This document shows, one piece after another, positions 8,067 to 16,171 of a DNA stretch of 32,000 nt (positions within the stretch are counted from its first letter, which is position 1; each line of letters opens with the position of its first letter). Under the pieces are notes generated by a model. That model searched no databases. It was not told the origin of the DNA and saw only the letters and a list, made by a program, of their open reading frames with translations. Origin of the DNA: Breznakia sp. PF5-3 (GTDB lineage: Bacteria > Bacillota_I > Bacilli_A > Erysipelotrichales > Erysipelotrichaceae). Location: positions 3,932 through 35,931 of the forward strand of contig NZ_JAQFIQ010000025.1 in the NCBI RefSeq assembly GCF_029504745.1. The letters are read 5' to 3'. The position numbers and the translations under genes were made by a program.

Positions 8067-8869
8067 ATGTAGAAAACCTAAGTATTACATTTCATGCTGG
8101 AACAGTAAATGAGAAAAAAGCATTAGATAATGTTTCACTACATTTAGATGATGGTGATTTTATAACTATCATTGGTAGTAATGGTGCTGGTAAAAGCACA
8201 TTACTAAACTGCATTAGTGGAACTTATGAGAATGATGAAGGCTATATTGTTTTAGATGGTAAAGAAATCCAGTTTATGAAAGAACACAAACGCGCCAAGA
8301 TGATTGGACGATTATTTCAAGACCCATTAAAAGGAAGCGCCCCCGATATGACAATTGAAGAAAATCTTGGGCTCGCTTATCGACGTGGAAACAGTAAGAA
8401 TAATCTCTATGAACGTTTCTTAAAAATTGGCTTAACAAAAGATGAAAAAGAATTTATGAAAGAGAAGATTAGTCAACTAGACCTTGGTTTAGAAGAACGT
8501 TTATCAACAAAGGTTGGATTGTTATCAGGTGGACAGCGTCAAGCATTAACCTTGATGATGTCAACAATCAATACACCTACCTTATTATTGCTTGATGAAC
8601 ATACAGCTGCACTAGATCCTAAAACAGCAAAAAAAGTAATGGAAATAACAGACCATATTGTACAAGATAATAAAATTACTACCATCATGATTACGCATAA
8701 TATCCAACAAGCTCTAGCATATGGAAACCGAATGGTGGTTATGAGTGAAGGTAAGATTTTGATGGAGTTCAATAAAGAAGAAAAAGAAAAATTAAGTGTT
8801 GAAGAAGTGATGAAAATATATCACAACAAAAGTACACAAGATCTTTCTGATAAAATGATTTTAGATTAA
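8060..8869 (+). CDS. ABC transporter ATP-binding protein (COG1101 type)
   Basis: Walker A GSNGAGKST, signature LSGGQRQ, Walker B LLLLDEHTAALD, H-loop ITHN. It overlaps the permease gene by 7 nt and has an AAGGAGG RBS. Confidence 0.9.
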   Translation: MLDVENLSITFHAGTVNEKKALDNVSLHLDDGDFITIIGSNGAGKSTLLNCISGTYENDEGYIVLDGKEIQFMKEHKRAKMIGRLFQDPLKGSAPDMTIEENLGLAYRRGNSKNNLYERFLKIGLTKDEKEFMKEKISQLDLGLEERLSTKVGLLSGGQRQALTLMMSTINTPTLLLLDEHTAALDPKTAKKVMEITDHIVQDNKITTIMITHNIQQALAYGNRMVVMSEGKILMEFNKEEKEKLSVEEVMKIYHNKSTQDLSDKMILD

Positions 8870-8882
8870 TTTTTAACCATAT

Positions 8883-8917
8883 AACGTAAATGAAAATTCA
8901 TTTACGTTTTTATTTTT
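8883..8917 (+). terminator. Rho-independent terminator of the importer operon
   Basis: Hairpin AACGTAAATGA / TCATTTACGTT followed by TTTATTTTT, 14 nt after the stop codon. Confidence 0.75.
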
Positions 8918-8971
8918 CTTCATTTATTGTTCACATAATCCCAGTACTTTTTAAGTAATGGAGGAAATTAC

Positions 8972-10471
8972 ATGTATATAATAAAAAATGCGATTCGCAA
9001 TATCTGGCGAACGAAAGGAAAAAACATATTGATTGTAATCATTGTTTTTATCATTGGACTATCATGTTGTATTGCTTTATCAATCAAACAAGCAGCTCAA
9101 AACGCACGCGATACTGGGTTAGATAAGTTAAACATTACAGCAACTATCCAATTCGATCGACAACAAATGATGCAAGAGATGCAACCACCTGAAGAAAGTG
9201 ATGATAGCAGTGCAGAAGACATGCGCGAAAAAATGCGCGATGCAATGGCAAATCAAAACTTAAGTTTAAAAGAATTACAAACCTATGCTAAAGCAGACAG
9301 TGTAAAAGACTTTTATTACACTTCAACAATTTCAATGAACGGAAATGATAATCTTCAAGCGATTAATTCCAACAATTCTATAGTTACCGAGAGTGGTCCT
9401 AGTGGTGAGAGAGAAAGTATTTTCTCCAATAGCGATTTTATGTTAATCGGATATTCTTCTTATGATGCAATGAGTGATTTTAATGATGAAACAAAAACTA
9501 TCAAAGAAGGTGCTTTATTTTCAATGAACAATAAGAATGAAGCTATCATATCTGAAGATTTAGCTACTTATAATTCAATAAAATTAAACGATACCATCAC
9601 TTTGGTAAACCCAAACAATACGAAAGATACACATACTTTAAAAGTTGTTGGTATCTATACAAGTACATCAGAAAATGGACCAATGATGAGTGATCCAGCA
9701 AATCAGATTTATACAAACATAGAAACTACAAATACGATTATTAATGCATCAAGTTTGCTACAAGCAAACATTGATGATGCTACTGAATTAAACGAACAGA
9801 TTAGTGGAACTTATGTATTCAAGGATATAAAAGCTTATGAAGCATTTGAAAAAGAAGCAAAAGCTTTAGGTTTGAGTGATGAATATACCATCGAAAGTAA
9901 TGATGTTGCTCTATATGAACAATCCCTTCAACCCTTAGAAAACCTTGCAAATTATGCAAATACATTCTTATATATTATTTTAGTAGTTGGTGGAATCATC
10001 CTAATTGTTTTCAATTTACTTCGCATCAAAGAACGTAAATATGAAATTGGAGTATTGAGTGCAATTGGTATGAATCGTAAAAAAGTATCTTTTCAATTCA
10101 TCACTGAATTATTTATCATTACAATGTTCTCAATGCTTTTAGCGATTGGTATAGGAAGTGTTACAAGTGTTCCTATCACCAACTCTTTATTAGCAAACGA
10201 AATAACCAATGACACAATGGAAGCACAGATGCCAGAAGACATGCAAGGTGGTGGAAGAAGTATGCCACAACAAAGTGAAACGCTAAGACAAGGTGGACCA
10301 CAAATGGAAAACAATACAAATTATATTCAAGAAGTATCTAGTGCCACTGACTTTTCAGTTATTATAAAACTCTTTGCATTAACAATCATATTAACAATCT
10401 TATCTAGTGGGATTGCAACCCTTACCATTCTACGCTATGACCCACTTAAGATTTTATCAAATAGAGAATAG
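8972..10471 (+). CDS. MacB/FtsX-type ABC transporter permease (4 TM, large extracytoplasmic domain)
   Basis: 499 aa. N-terminal TM (ILIVIIVFIIGLSCCIALSI), an extracytoplasmic domain of about 290 aa, then three C-terminal TMs (FtsX-domain pattern). GGAGG RBS. Confidence 0.8.
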   Translation: MYIIKNAIRNIWRTKGKNILIVIIVFIIGLSCCIALSIKQAAQNARDTGLDKLNITATIQFDRQQMMQEMQPPEESDDSSAEDMREKMRDAMANQNLSLKELQTYAKADSVKDFYYTSTISMNGNDNLQAINSNNSIVTESGPSGERESIFSNSDFMLIGYSSYDAMSDFNDETKTIKEGALFSMNNKNEAIISEDLATYNSIKLNDTITLVNPNNTKDTHTLKVVGIYTSTSENGPMMSDPANQIYTNIETTNTIINASSLLQANIDDATELNEQISGTYVFKDIKAYEAFEKEAKALGLSDEYTIESNDVALYEQSLQPLENLANYANTFLYIILVVGGIILIVFNLLRIKERKYEIGVLSAIGMNRKKVSFQFITELFIITMFSMLLAIGIGSVTSVPITNSLLANEITNDTMEAQMPEDMQGGGRSMPQQSETLRQGGPQMENNTNYIQEVSSATDFSVIIKLFALTIILTILSSGIATLTILRYDPLKILSNRE

Positions 10472-10480
10472 GAGATCCTT

Positions 10481-11116
10481 ATGAATCAATTAGAACTTAA
10501 AAATGTTTGTTTTTCTTATACAGAAGGAAAACCGGTCTTACAGAATATCAACTTAAACTTTCAAAATGGTAAACTATATGCAATAACTGGTAAATCAGGT
10601 GCAGGGAAAACAACCTTACTTTCCATTCTTTCACTCCTTACCAAACCTAGTAGTGGTGAAATATTGTTCAATGAACAAAACATTAAAGATATGGATCCAT
10701 ATGAATATCGCAGTAAACAAATTGGGGTTATTTTTCAAGCATACAACTTATTACCACAATTAACAGCGATCGAAAATGTAGAGTTATCAATGGATATTGC
10801 GAATATGAAGAACATTGATAAAGCAAGTCATGCCCAAGCATTACTTGAAAAAGTTGGTCTTAGCGAGGATGAAATTCACCGTCCCATATTAAAATTATCA
10901 GGGGGACAACAGCAAAGAGTAGCTATTGCAAGAGCCCTCTCTTATGATCCTACTGTAATCCTTGCAGATGAACCCACTGGGAACCTTGATAATGATACTG
11001 AAAATGATATTCTTAGTATCTTTAAGCAACTAGCCTATGAAGAAAATAAATGTATCATCATTGTTACACATTCAAATAAAGTAGCCAATGTTGCTGATTA
11101 TTTGTATCGTTTATAG
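10481..11116 (+). CDS. ABC transporter ATP-binding protein (MacB/LolD-like)
   Basis: Walker A GKSGAGKTT, Q-loop, signature LSGGQQQRVAIARAL, Walker B ILADEPTGNLD, H-loop VTHS. Confidence 0.9.
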   Translation: MNQLELKNVCFSYTEGKPVLQNINLNFQNGKLYAITGKSGAGKTTLLSILSLLTKPSSGEILFNEQNIKDMDPYEYRSKQIGVIFQAYNLLPQLTAIENVELSMDIANMKNIDKASHAQALLEKVGLSEDEIHRPILKLSGGQQQRVAIARALSYDPTVILADEPTGNLDNDTENDILSIFKQLAYEENKCIIIVTHSNKVANVADYLYRL

Positions 11117-11120
11117 TATG

Positions 11121-11156
11121 AAAAAGTAGCTATTATAATTATAATAGCTACTTTTT
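11121..11156. terminator. Bidirectional rho-independent terminator between convergent genes
   Basis: Perfect 16-bp stem AAAAAGTAGCTATTAT / ATAATAGCTACTTTTT with loop AATT. The A-tract and T-tract arms let it work on both strands. Confidence 0.8.
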
Positions 11157-11218
11157 GTTACCTAGCTTTTTACTTTTTCGAAGTTTTCATTTTATTCGAC
11201 CCACATACAGGTAAGTAA

Positions 11219-11758
11219 TTACTCATTAACTTCCATCAAATTATGATTTAAATCCTTAATTTTCTTTTTTACCCCCCAAAAGCAAGGTGTACTAAGCTTA
11301 ATTGACCTCCCATCTTGGAATTGAAGAATTGACACATGATAAGAGTTCATTCTTGAAAACAATCCATTACCACTATACCTAATATGATTTTTCGCATTTA
11401 AGTTAGAACGTTTTTCATCAATATGAGCTAGTTTATTATACGAATATCTCTTTTTTATCAATAATCGTTTATATACCAGTCCTCTTTCATACAACTCAAG
11501 TCTTGTCATTGCTTTATTGATTAACCATAATCCTGTTACTCCAAAAATCACAAGCGGTACATATCTTCCTATTTCATAAAAATCTGAACCTTCATCAACA
11601 AAGTTTATGTTCATTACTACAAACACACCTAGTGCTATAAATCCTACTGCCAACAATAATAATAAAATTCTACGTGACTTTACTTGATCAATTAAATATC
11701 CATATTCATTGTCTTGTACCTTCTTATCGTAGTCTCTTAATGGTGAATATACTTTCAT
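11219..11758 (-). CDS. Hypothetical membrane protein: two TM helices plus a C-terminal cytoplasmic domain (possibly bacterial PH-like, YdbS/YdbT style)
   Basis: 179 aa. TM segments ILLLLLAVGFIALGVFVVM and YVPLVIFGVTGLWLINKA. The start is 2 nt after the upstream stop, suggesting translational coupling. I recognised no catalytic motif. Confidence 0.55.
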   Translation of the reverse strand: MKVYSPLRDYDKKVQDNEYGYLIDQVKSRRILLLLLAVGFIALGVFVVMNINFVDEGSDFYEIGRYVPLVIFGVTGLWLINKAMTRLELYERGLVYKRLLIKKRYSYNKLAHIDEKRSNLNAKNHIRYSGNGLFSRMNSYHVSILQFQDGRSIKLSTPCFWGVKKKIKDLNHNLMEVNE

Positions 11759-11760
11759 AT

Positions 11761-12462
11761 TTACACCTCATAAAATCTTGGTGGAATTACACTAAGATTT
11801 GGCATTCTATTTTCTTTTAAATCCTCTGTAAGTAAGCAAGGGATTATTCGTTGTTTAGGAATAAATGTTTTTGGTAACATTTTCTGACTAACTGTATTTA
11901 CAGTTACCCACATATCTATACCTTCATTTATTGATTCTGGTAATTTATATGTAAAATATCCTTTTTGACTACGAATTCCTTCAGCAATCTTCCTCATATC
12001 TCTTGGCACATTTGTTCCATATACAACTTCATGTATTTCTCTTGCTTTTTGATCTATCCATTCAATGTCATAACCACGTGTTCTATCCAGCACTACTAAT
12101 GCCACATATCCTGTAGTTGCATCTCCTGGCGCAAACAATGCGTTAGATGCTTGAACAATCCCTGTATACACGATTGGCGCATTTTCATAAGTATTTCTCC
12201 ATTTATCTTTTCCAAGCCTTGGCGCTTTCCCTGCAACTTCCATAAAGAACTCACTGTCACTATCTCTAGGTACACTTCGATATCTATCTAGTTTAGATAC
12301 ATCAATTTGATTTGCTTCATCAAACGAATCCTTTTTTTCTTGTTTTTTATATATAGCCTGTAAATATTCTTCAACATCATATCCCTGATCTCTCATTTCT
12401 TCTAACTGCTCAACACTTAAACTTTCCATATTCTTTTTCATTTGTTTATCAAATAATCCCAT
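11761..12462 (-). CDS. Hypothetical protein, unknown function (acidic helical N-terminus plus a C-terminal domain of about 170 aa)
   Basis: I chose the start at 12462 (MGLFDKQ...) because of the strong RBS AGAAGGAGGAATAAAATG; the ORF-track start at 12522 has none. No motif recognised. Confidence 0.6.
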   Translation of the reverse strand: MGLFDKQMKKNMESLSVEQLEEMRDQGYDVEEYLQAIYKKQEKKDSFDEANQIDVSKLDRYRSVPRDSDSEFFMEVAGKAPRLGKDKWRNTYENAPIVYTGIVQASNALFAPGDATTGYVALVVLDRTRGYDIEWIDQKAREIHEVVYGTNVPRDMRKIAEGIRSQKGYFTYKLPESINEGIDMWVTVNTVSQKMLPKTFIPKQRIIPCLLTEDLKENRMPNLSVIPPRFYEV

Positions 12463-12505
12463 TTTATTCCTCCTTCTATTTAACTTAAATAATCTTTTTT
12501 TGCTA

Positions 12506-12534
12506 TTACTAGAGTTAGACAATATTTATATCAA
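12506..12534 (-). promoter_or_regulatory. Candidate promoter for the two hypothetical genes
   Basis: Minus strand TTGATA (12529-12534), a 17-nt spacer, TAGTAA (12506-12511). Confidence 0.35.
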
Positions 12535-12692
12535 AAATCTAGCTTTTTCATTTGTAATAGTACACATCGCTAATATTTTATTGTTATTAAGGATATTTAG
12601 AAATTTAAGAAGTATCTAAACTCTTTTCAGCAACCCTTTCTTTTTCTCCAATAAAAGAAAGGATGGAATGGCAACACTTTTGTAGACAAATT

Positions 12693-13484
12693 TTATAAGG
12701 TCATGTTTTGTCTATATTCCACAGGACTTTGATAACCTAAAGTTGAATGCACTCGCTTATTGTTGAACCAATATACGTATGCGGATAATTCTTGTTCCAA
12801 ATTCAGCAATGATGCAAACGTTCTTTCGCGGACGAATTCAGTTTTGATTATTTTGAAATGTGCTTCTGCAACTGCATTGTCGTATGGATTTCCTTTCCTA
12901 CTTAAGGATCTGTCAATTCCAAATGTTTCTAATACATTATCGATTAAATAATTATCAAATTCATTACCTCTATCCGTGTGGAAAATATTGTATTCAAATA
13001 GATTTCCTTTGATGCTTAAAAATGCTTGTTTCACAAGTTTTGCATCTTTATATTTCCCACAACTATAACCAACAATCTCCCGGTTATACAAATCGATAAC
13101 TACACAAATGTAATTCCATTGGTTATTCACCCTAACGTACGTTAAATCACTTACTATGACTTCTTTTGGGTTTCTGTTATCAAATTCTCGATTTACTTTA
13201 TTTTCTATTTTTGCTTCATTAACAGTTGTCTTATGTACTTTATATTTCTTCACTGTATATACCGATACAAGTCCATTTTGACGCATAATCCGTGCAATTC
13301 TCCTTCTCGAGATACAAATACCTTGTTTCGCTAATGAATGCTTGATTTTCCGTGTTCCATAGACTTTCTGATTATCATTAAATATTCTAACTACAATATC
13401 ATTGTAATTATCAACCTTTGCAACCTTATCTTGGTATTTATAATATCCAGATCTCGAAATATTTAATGCCTTACACATTTTCAC
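12693..13484 (-). CDS. IS3-family transposase OrfB (rve/DDE integrase core)
   Basis: DDE triad context VIVSDLTYVRV, FHTDRGNEF, NAVAEAHFKIIKTE. The N-terminal NISRSGYYKY is typical of OrfB. It has no independent ATG/RBS and is normally made as an OrfAB fusion. Confidence 0.85.
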   Translation of the reverse strand: MKMCKALNISRSGYYKYQDKVAKVDNYNDIVVRIFNDNQKVYGTRKIKHSLAKQGICISRRRIARIMRQNGLVSVYTVKKYKVHKTTVNEAKIENKVNREFDNRNPKEVIVSDLTYVRVNNQWNYICVVIDLYNREIVGYSCGKYKDAKLVKQAFLSIKGNLFEYNIFHTDRGNEFDNYLIDNVLETFGIDRSLSRKGNPYDNAVAEAHFKIIKTEFVRERTFASLLNLEQELSAYVYWFNNKRVHSTLGYQSPVEYRQNMTL

Positions 13485-13550
13485 AACTGAATACTTGTGT
13501 GCATTTGCTCTGATTACTTTTATTTAGGACGTAATCAGAGCCGCTTGCTT

Positions 13551-13823
13551 CTAGGTGCCCTTGGGGTATAAAATGTCGTTCTCCATTTCAAGCTGTTTAT
13601 TTCTTTTTCTTAAAGCAATCAATTCTTTTTCTTCTGGAGTAAGGTTATCTTTTGCTTTGAATGATCCTGCTGTATCTGCCTGTTTAATCCATTTCGTTAA
13701 TGCTGAAGGGGTTAAATCATATTCTCTAATAATTTCGGACTTGGGTTTTCCACTTTGGTATAAATTTACCATTTGCTGTTTAAATTCACTTGTAAATACT
13801 CTACGTTCTCTTCTTGTTGTCAT
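13551..13823 (-). CDS. IS3-family transposase OrfA (HTH DNA-binding)
   Basis: 90 aa, FTSEFKQQMVNLYQSGKPKSEIIREYDLTPSALTKWIKQ (HTH) followed by a leucine-zipper-like LRKRNKQLEMENDIL. It ends at TAG 13551-13553. Confidence 0.85.
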   Translation of the reverse strand: MTTRRERRVFTSEFKQQMVNLYQSGKPKSEIIREYDLTPSALTKWIKQADTAGSFKAKDNLTPEEKELIALRKRNKQLEMENDILYPKGT

Positions 13824-14354
13824 TTTCTTTTCCTCGCTCTTCTATTTTACCATGACAACCTTATCTTTTCTGTCTACTTTATTGTAGCCTATCCAGGATT
13901 TGATGCACTAACTTTGTTGCTTTTTGATTCATCCTTTACCTCCGCGCTTAATAGCCACATATTATTTTTATGACATATCGCACATACTATAATAGTTGTT
14001 TTAATCGTCAATAAGGTTTCATAAAAGTGAATGGATCAACAAGAAAATTAATCAACTATATTTCTATATTGGCGAATATAAGATATGGTTTAGATACAAA
14101 ACATAGCAAATTAACCACGACAAAAAGAAACACTGGAGTTAGATATAAGCTAAATGCAACAACCTATTGTTTTTAGTTTAATAATCAAGAATTCTTATTT
14201 ATTATATTATTTATGTTTTATTTTTGTCTTGATTTCAGTATAATAATACTATAGTTTTAGGTATGGAAGAGATCCTTTGGACTTTTACTTTACAAAAAAC
14301 GAAACTTGAATAACTAAGACGTTGCATTCTTAACGAAGTGACAGTGGAGGTACT

Positions 14355-14972
14355 ATGAAAAAAACTAATATGAAACGTTTTACGCTTTTAGCACTTTTCA
14401 TCGCAATTGAAATTGCTGTAAGTGTCATCCCCTTTTTGGGATTTATCCCTTTGGGATTTATCAATGCTACAACATTGCATATTCCAGTAATTGTAGCTGC
14501 GATTCTTTTAGGAAAAAAAGAAGGAGCAATTGTAGGATTCGTCTTTGGACTAATTTCGCTTATTAAGCATACATTAGAACCTAGTGTATCCAGCTTTATC
14601 TTTTCTCCTTTTATTACGATTGGTGGAACAAGTGGAAACTTTGCCAGCTTATTGATTGCCATTGTACCACGTACATTGATTGGTTTCCTATCTGGATTTC
14701 TATATGAAATATTATCAAAAAGAAAGATAAATGATGTAATATCTATTAGCATTAGTGCGGTTGTTGGTTCTCTTACCAACACTATTTTAGTACTTGGAGG
14801 TATCGTTGTTTTCTTTGGTAGAGCATATGCTGATGCCATAGCGATTCCATATAATACCCTTTTAACCTTTATCATGGGGATTGTAACTTCCAGTGGTATT
14901 ATAGAAGCAATTGTAGCTGCTATAATTGCGGTAGCAATATGTAAAGCGGGGAAAAGAGTTCTTTCTTTATAA
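14355..14972 (+). CDS. panT: ECF transporter S-component, probably pantothenate-specific (PanT)
   Basis: 205-aa polytopic membrane protein with the S-component pattern (IAIEIAVSVIPFLGFIP...TTLHIPVIVAAILLG). GGAGG RBS. It sits immediately upstream of coaBC and coaX; the specificity call rests on that context only. Confidence 0.65.
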   Translation: MKKTNMKRFTLLALFIAIEIAVSVIPFLGFIPLGFINATTLHIPVIVAAILLGKKEGAIVGFVFGLISLIKHTLEPSVSSFIFSPFITIGGTSGNFASLLIAIVPRTLIGFLSGFLYEILSKRKINDVISISISAVVGSLTNTILVLGGIVVFFGRAYADAIAIPYNTLLTFIMGIVTSSGIIEAIVAAIIAVAICKAGKRVLSL

Positions 14973-14981
14973 GGAGTTTAT

Positions 14982-16154
14982 ATGAAAAAAACAATCGTTA
15001 TCGGTGTTACAAGCAGTATCGCTACATATAAAGCGGTACAACTTGTTAGTGACCTGTTGAAATTAGATTATGATGTAGAAGTTATCATGAGTAAAAATGC
15101 ATGCGAATTTATTCAACCATTAACTTTTTCATCACTTACCAAACATAAGACATATGTAGATACTTTTGATCGTGAAGTTGATTATCAAGTAGAACACATT
15201 TCATTAGCAAAAAAAGCAGATGTATTTATGATTGTTCCTGCTACTGCCAATGTGATTGCCAAAGTTGCTCATGGGATATGTGATGATATGCTAACAACCA
15301 CTTTCTTGGCTGCTGAATGTCCTAAAATCATTGCACCTGCAATGAATACAAGAATGCTTAGCAATCCAATTACACAAGACAATCTAAAACGTTGTAAGGA
15401 TTATGGAATGCAAATCGTAGAACCCGAGAATGGGCTCTTGGCTTGTGGTGATCAAGGAGCAGGAAAATTAGCTAAGATTGATGATTTAATTGAGTATATT
15501 GATATGGCAGCCTATAGTGAAAAACCACTGATAGGAAAAAAGGTATTAATAAGTGCTGGTCCAACCGTTGAAAAAATCGATCCTGTTCGTTATATCTCTA
15601 ATCACTCAAGTGGTAAAATGGGATATGCACTAGCTAGAGCAGCAAGAAACATGGGAGCAAATGTAACCCTTGTTAGTGGACCTGTAAATATAAAAAAGCC
15701 AAACGCCATAAACGTCATTGATATTAGCAGTGCCGAAGAAATGGCACAAACAATAAAAGCAAATTATGATGATAGTGATTATGTAATTATGGCAGCAGCT
15801 GTTGCCGACTTCACACCCACACATATGGAAAGTGAAAAAATCAAAAAGAAAGATGCTGTGAATTCATTAGAATTGAAAGCTAGTGAAGACATTCTAAAGT
15901 ATCTTGGAAAGCATAAAAAACATCAGAAACTTTGTGGTTTTGCCATGGAGACAACAAATGTTCTTAAACATGCAAAAGATAAGTTTAAGCAAAAAAATTG
16001 TGATTTGCTCGTTGTAAATGATTTAAACGAACATGGAGCAGGATTTAAAGTTGACACAAATAGAGTCACGCTAATTGATAAACATGATGTTCAAGAATTA
16101 ACACTGATGAGTAAAGAACAATTAGCGTATACTATTTTGAATAAATTAATATGA
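14982..16154 (+). CDS. coaBC: Bifunctional phosphopantothenoylcysteine decarboxylase / phosphopantothenate-cysteine ligase
   Basis: N-terminal flavoprotein domain (IVIGVTSSIATYKAVQLV, VPATANVIAKVAHGICDDMLT) and C-terminal CoaB domain (ISAGPTVEKIDPVRYISNHSSGKMG). Confidence 0.92.
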   Translation: MKKTIVIGVTSSIATYKAVQLVSDLLKLDYDVEVIMSKNACEFIQPLTFSSLTKHKTYVDTFDREVDYQVEHISLAKKADVFMIVPATANVIAKVAHGICDDMLTTTFLAAECPKIIAPAMNTRMLSNPITQDNLKRCKDYGMQIVEPENGLLACGDQGAGKLAKIDDLIEYIDMAAYSEKPLIGKKVLISAGPTVEKIDPVRYISNHSSGKMGYALARAARNMGANVTLVSGPVNIKKPNAINVIDISSAEEMAQTIKANYDDSDYVIMAAAVADFTPTHMESEKIKKKDAVNSLELKASEDILKYLGKHKKHQKLCGFAMETTNVLKHAKDKFKQKNCDLLVVNDLNEHGAGFKVDTNRVTLIDKHDVQELTLMSKEQLAYTILNKLI

Positions 16155-16171
16155 TATTGAGGTGAAAGTGA

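Larger units (their letters stand above)
12664..13895 (-). mobile_element. IS3-family insertion sequence (1232 bp) with imperfect terminal inverted repeats and a 3-bp target-site duplication
   Basis: The ends are TGGAATGGCAACACTTTTGTAGACA... (12664 onward) and the reverse complement TGGATAGGCTACAATAAAGTAGACA... (13895 backward), with TG...CA termini. GGA direct repeats sit at 12661-12663 and 13896-13898. The element contains orfA (HTH) and orfB (DDE). Confidence 0.88.
12605..13932 (-). pseudogene. 30-codon small ORF split by the IS3 insertion (5' part 13932..13896, 3' part 12660..12605)
   Basis: Deleting 12664-13895 and one GGA copy restores MNQKATKLVHQILSFIGEKERVAEKSLDTS-stop. GGAGG (13939-13943) lies 6 nt upstream of the ATG (13930-13932). 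In the present state the ORF runs into the IS and stops after 17 codons. Confidence 0.45.

Noticed and set aside
12635-12662. Hairpin CCTTTCTTTT / AAAAGAAAGG as a transcription terminator
   Set aside because: No U-tract follows it on either strand, and it lies inside the reconstructed small ORF. I note it only as the IS insertion-site context.
13899-14354. Possible riboswitch or leader upstream of panT
   Set aside because: The 450-nt region is AT-rich, and I could recognise no conserved riboswitch core, convincing terminator/antiterminator pair or strong promoter. Part of it belongs to the minus-strand small-ORF promoter.
14330-14875. 181-aa minus-strand ORF opposite panT
   Set aside because: It fully overlaps the S-component gene, which has a GGAGG RBS, coherent TM helices and operon context. 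The antisense product has no RBS and an implausible composition.
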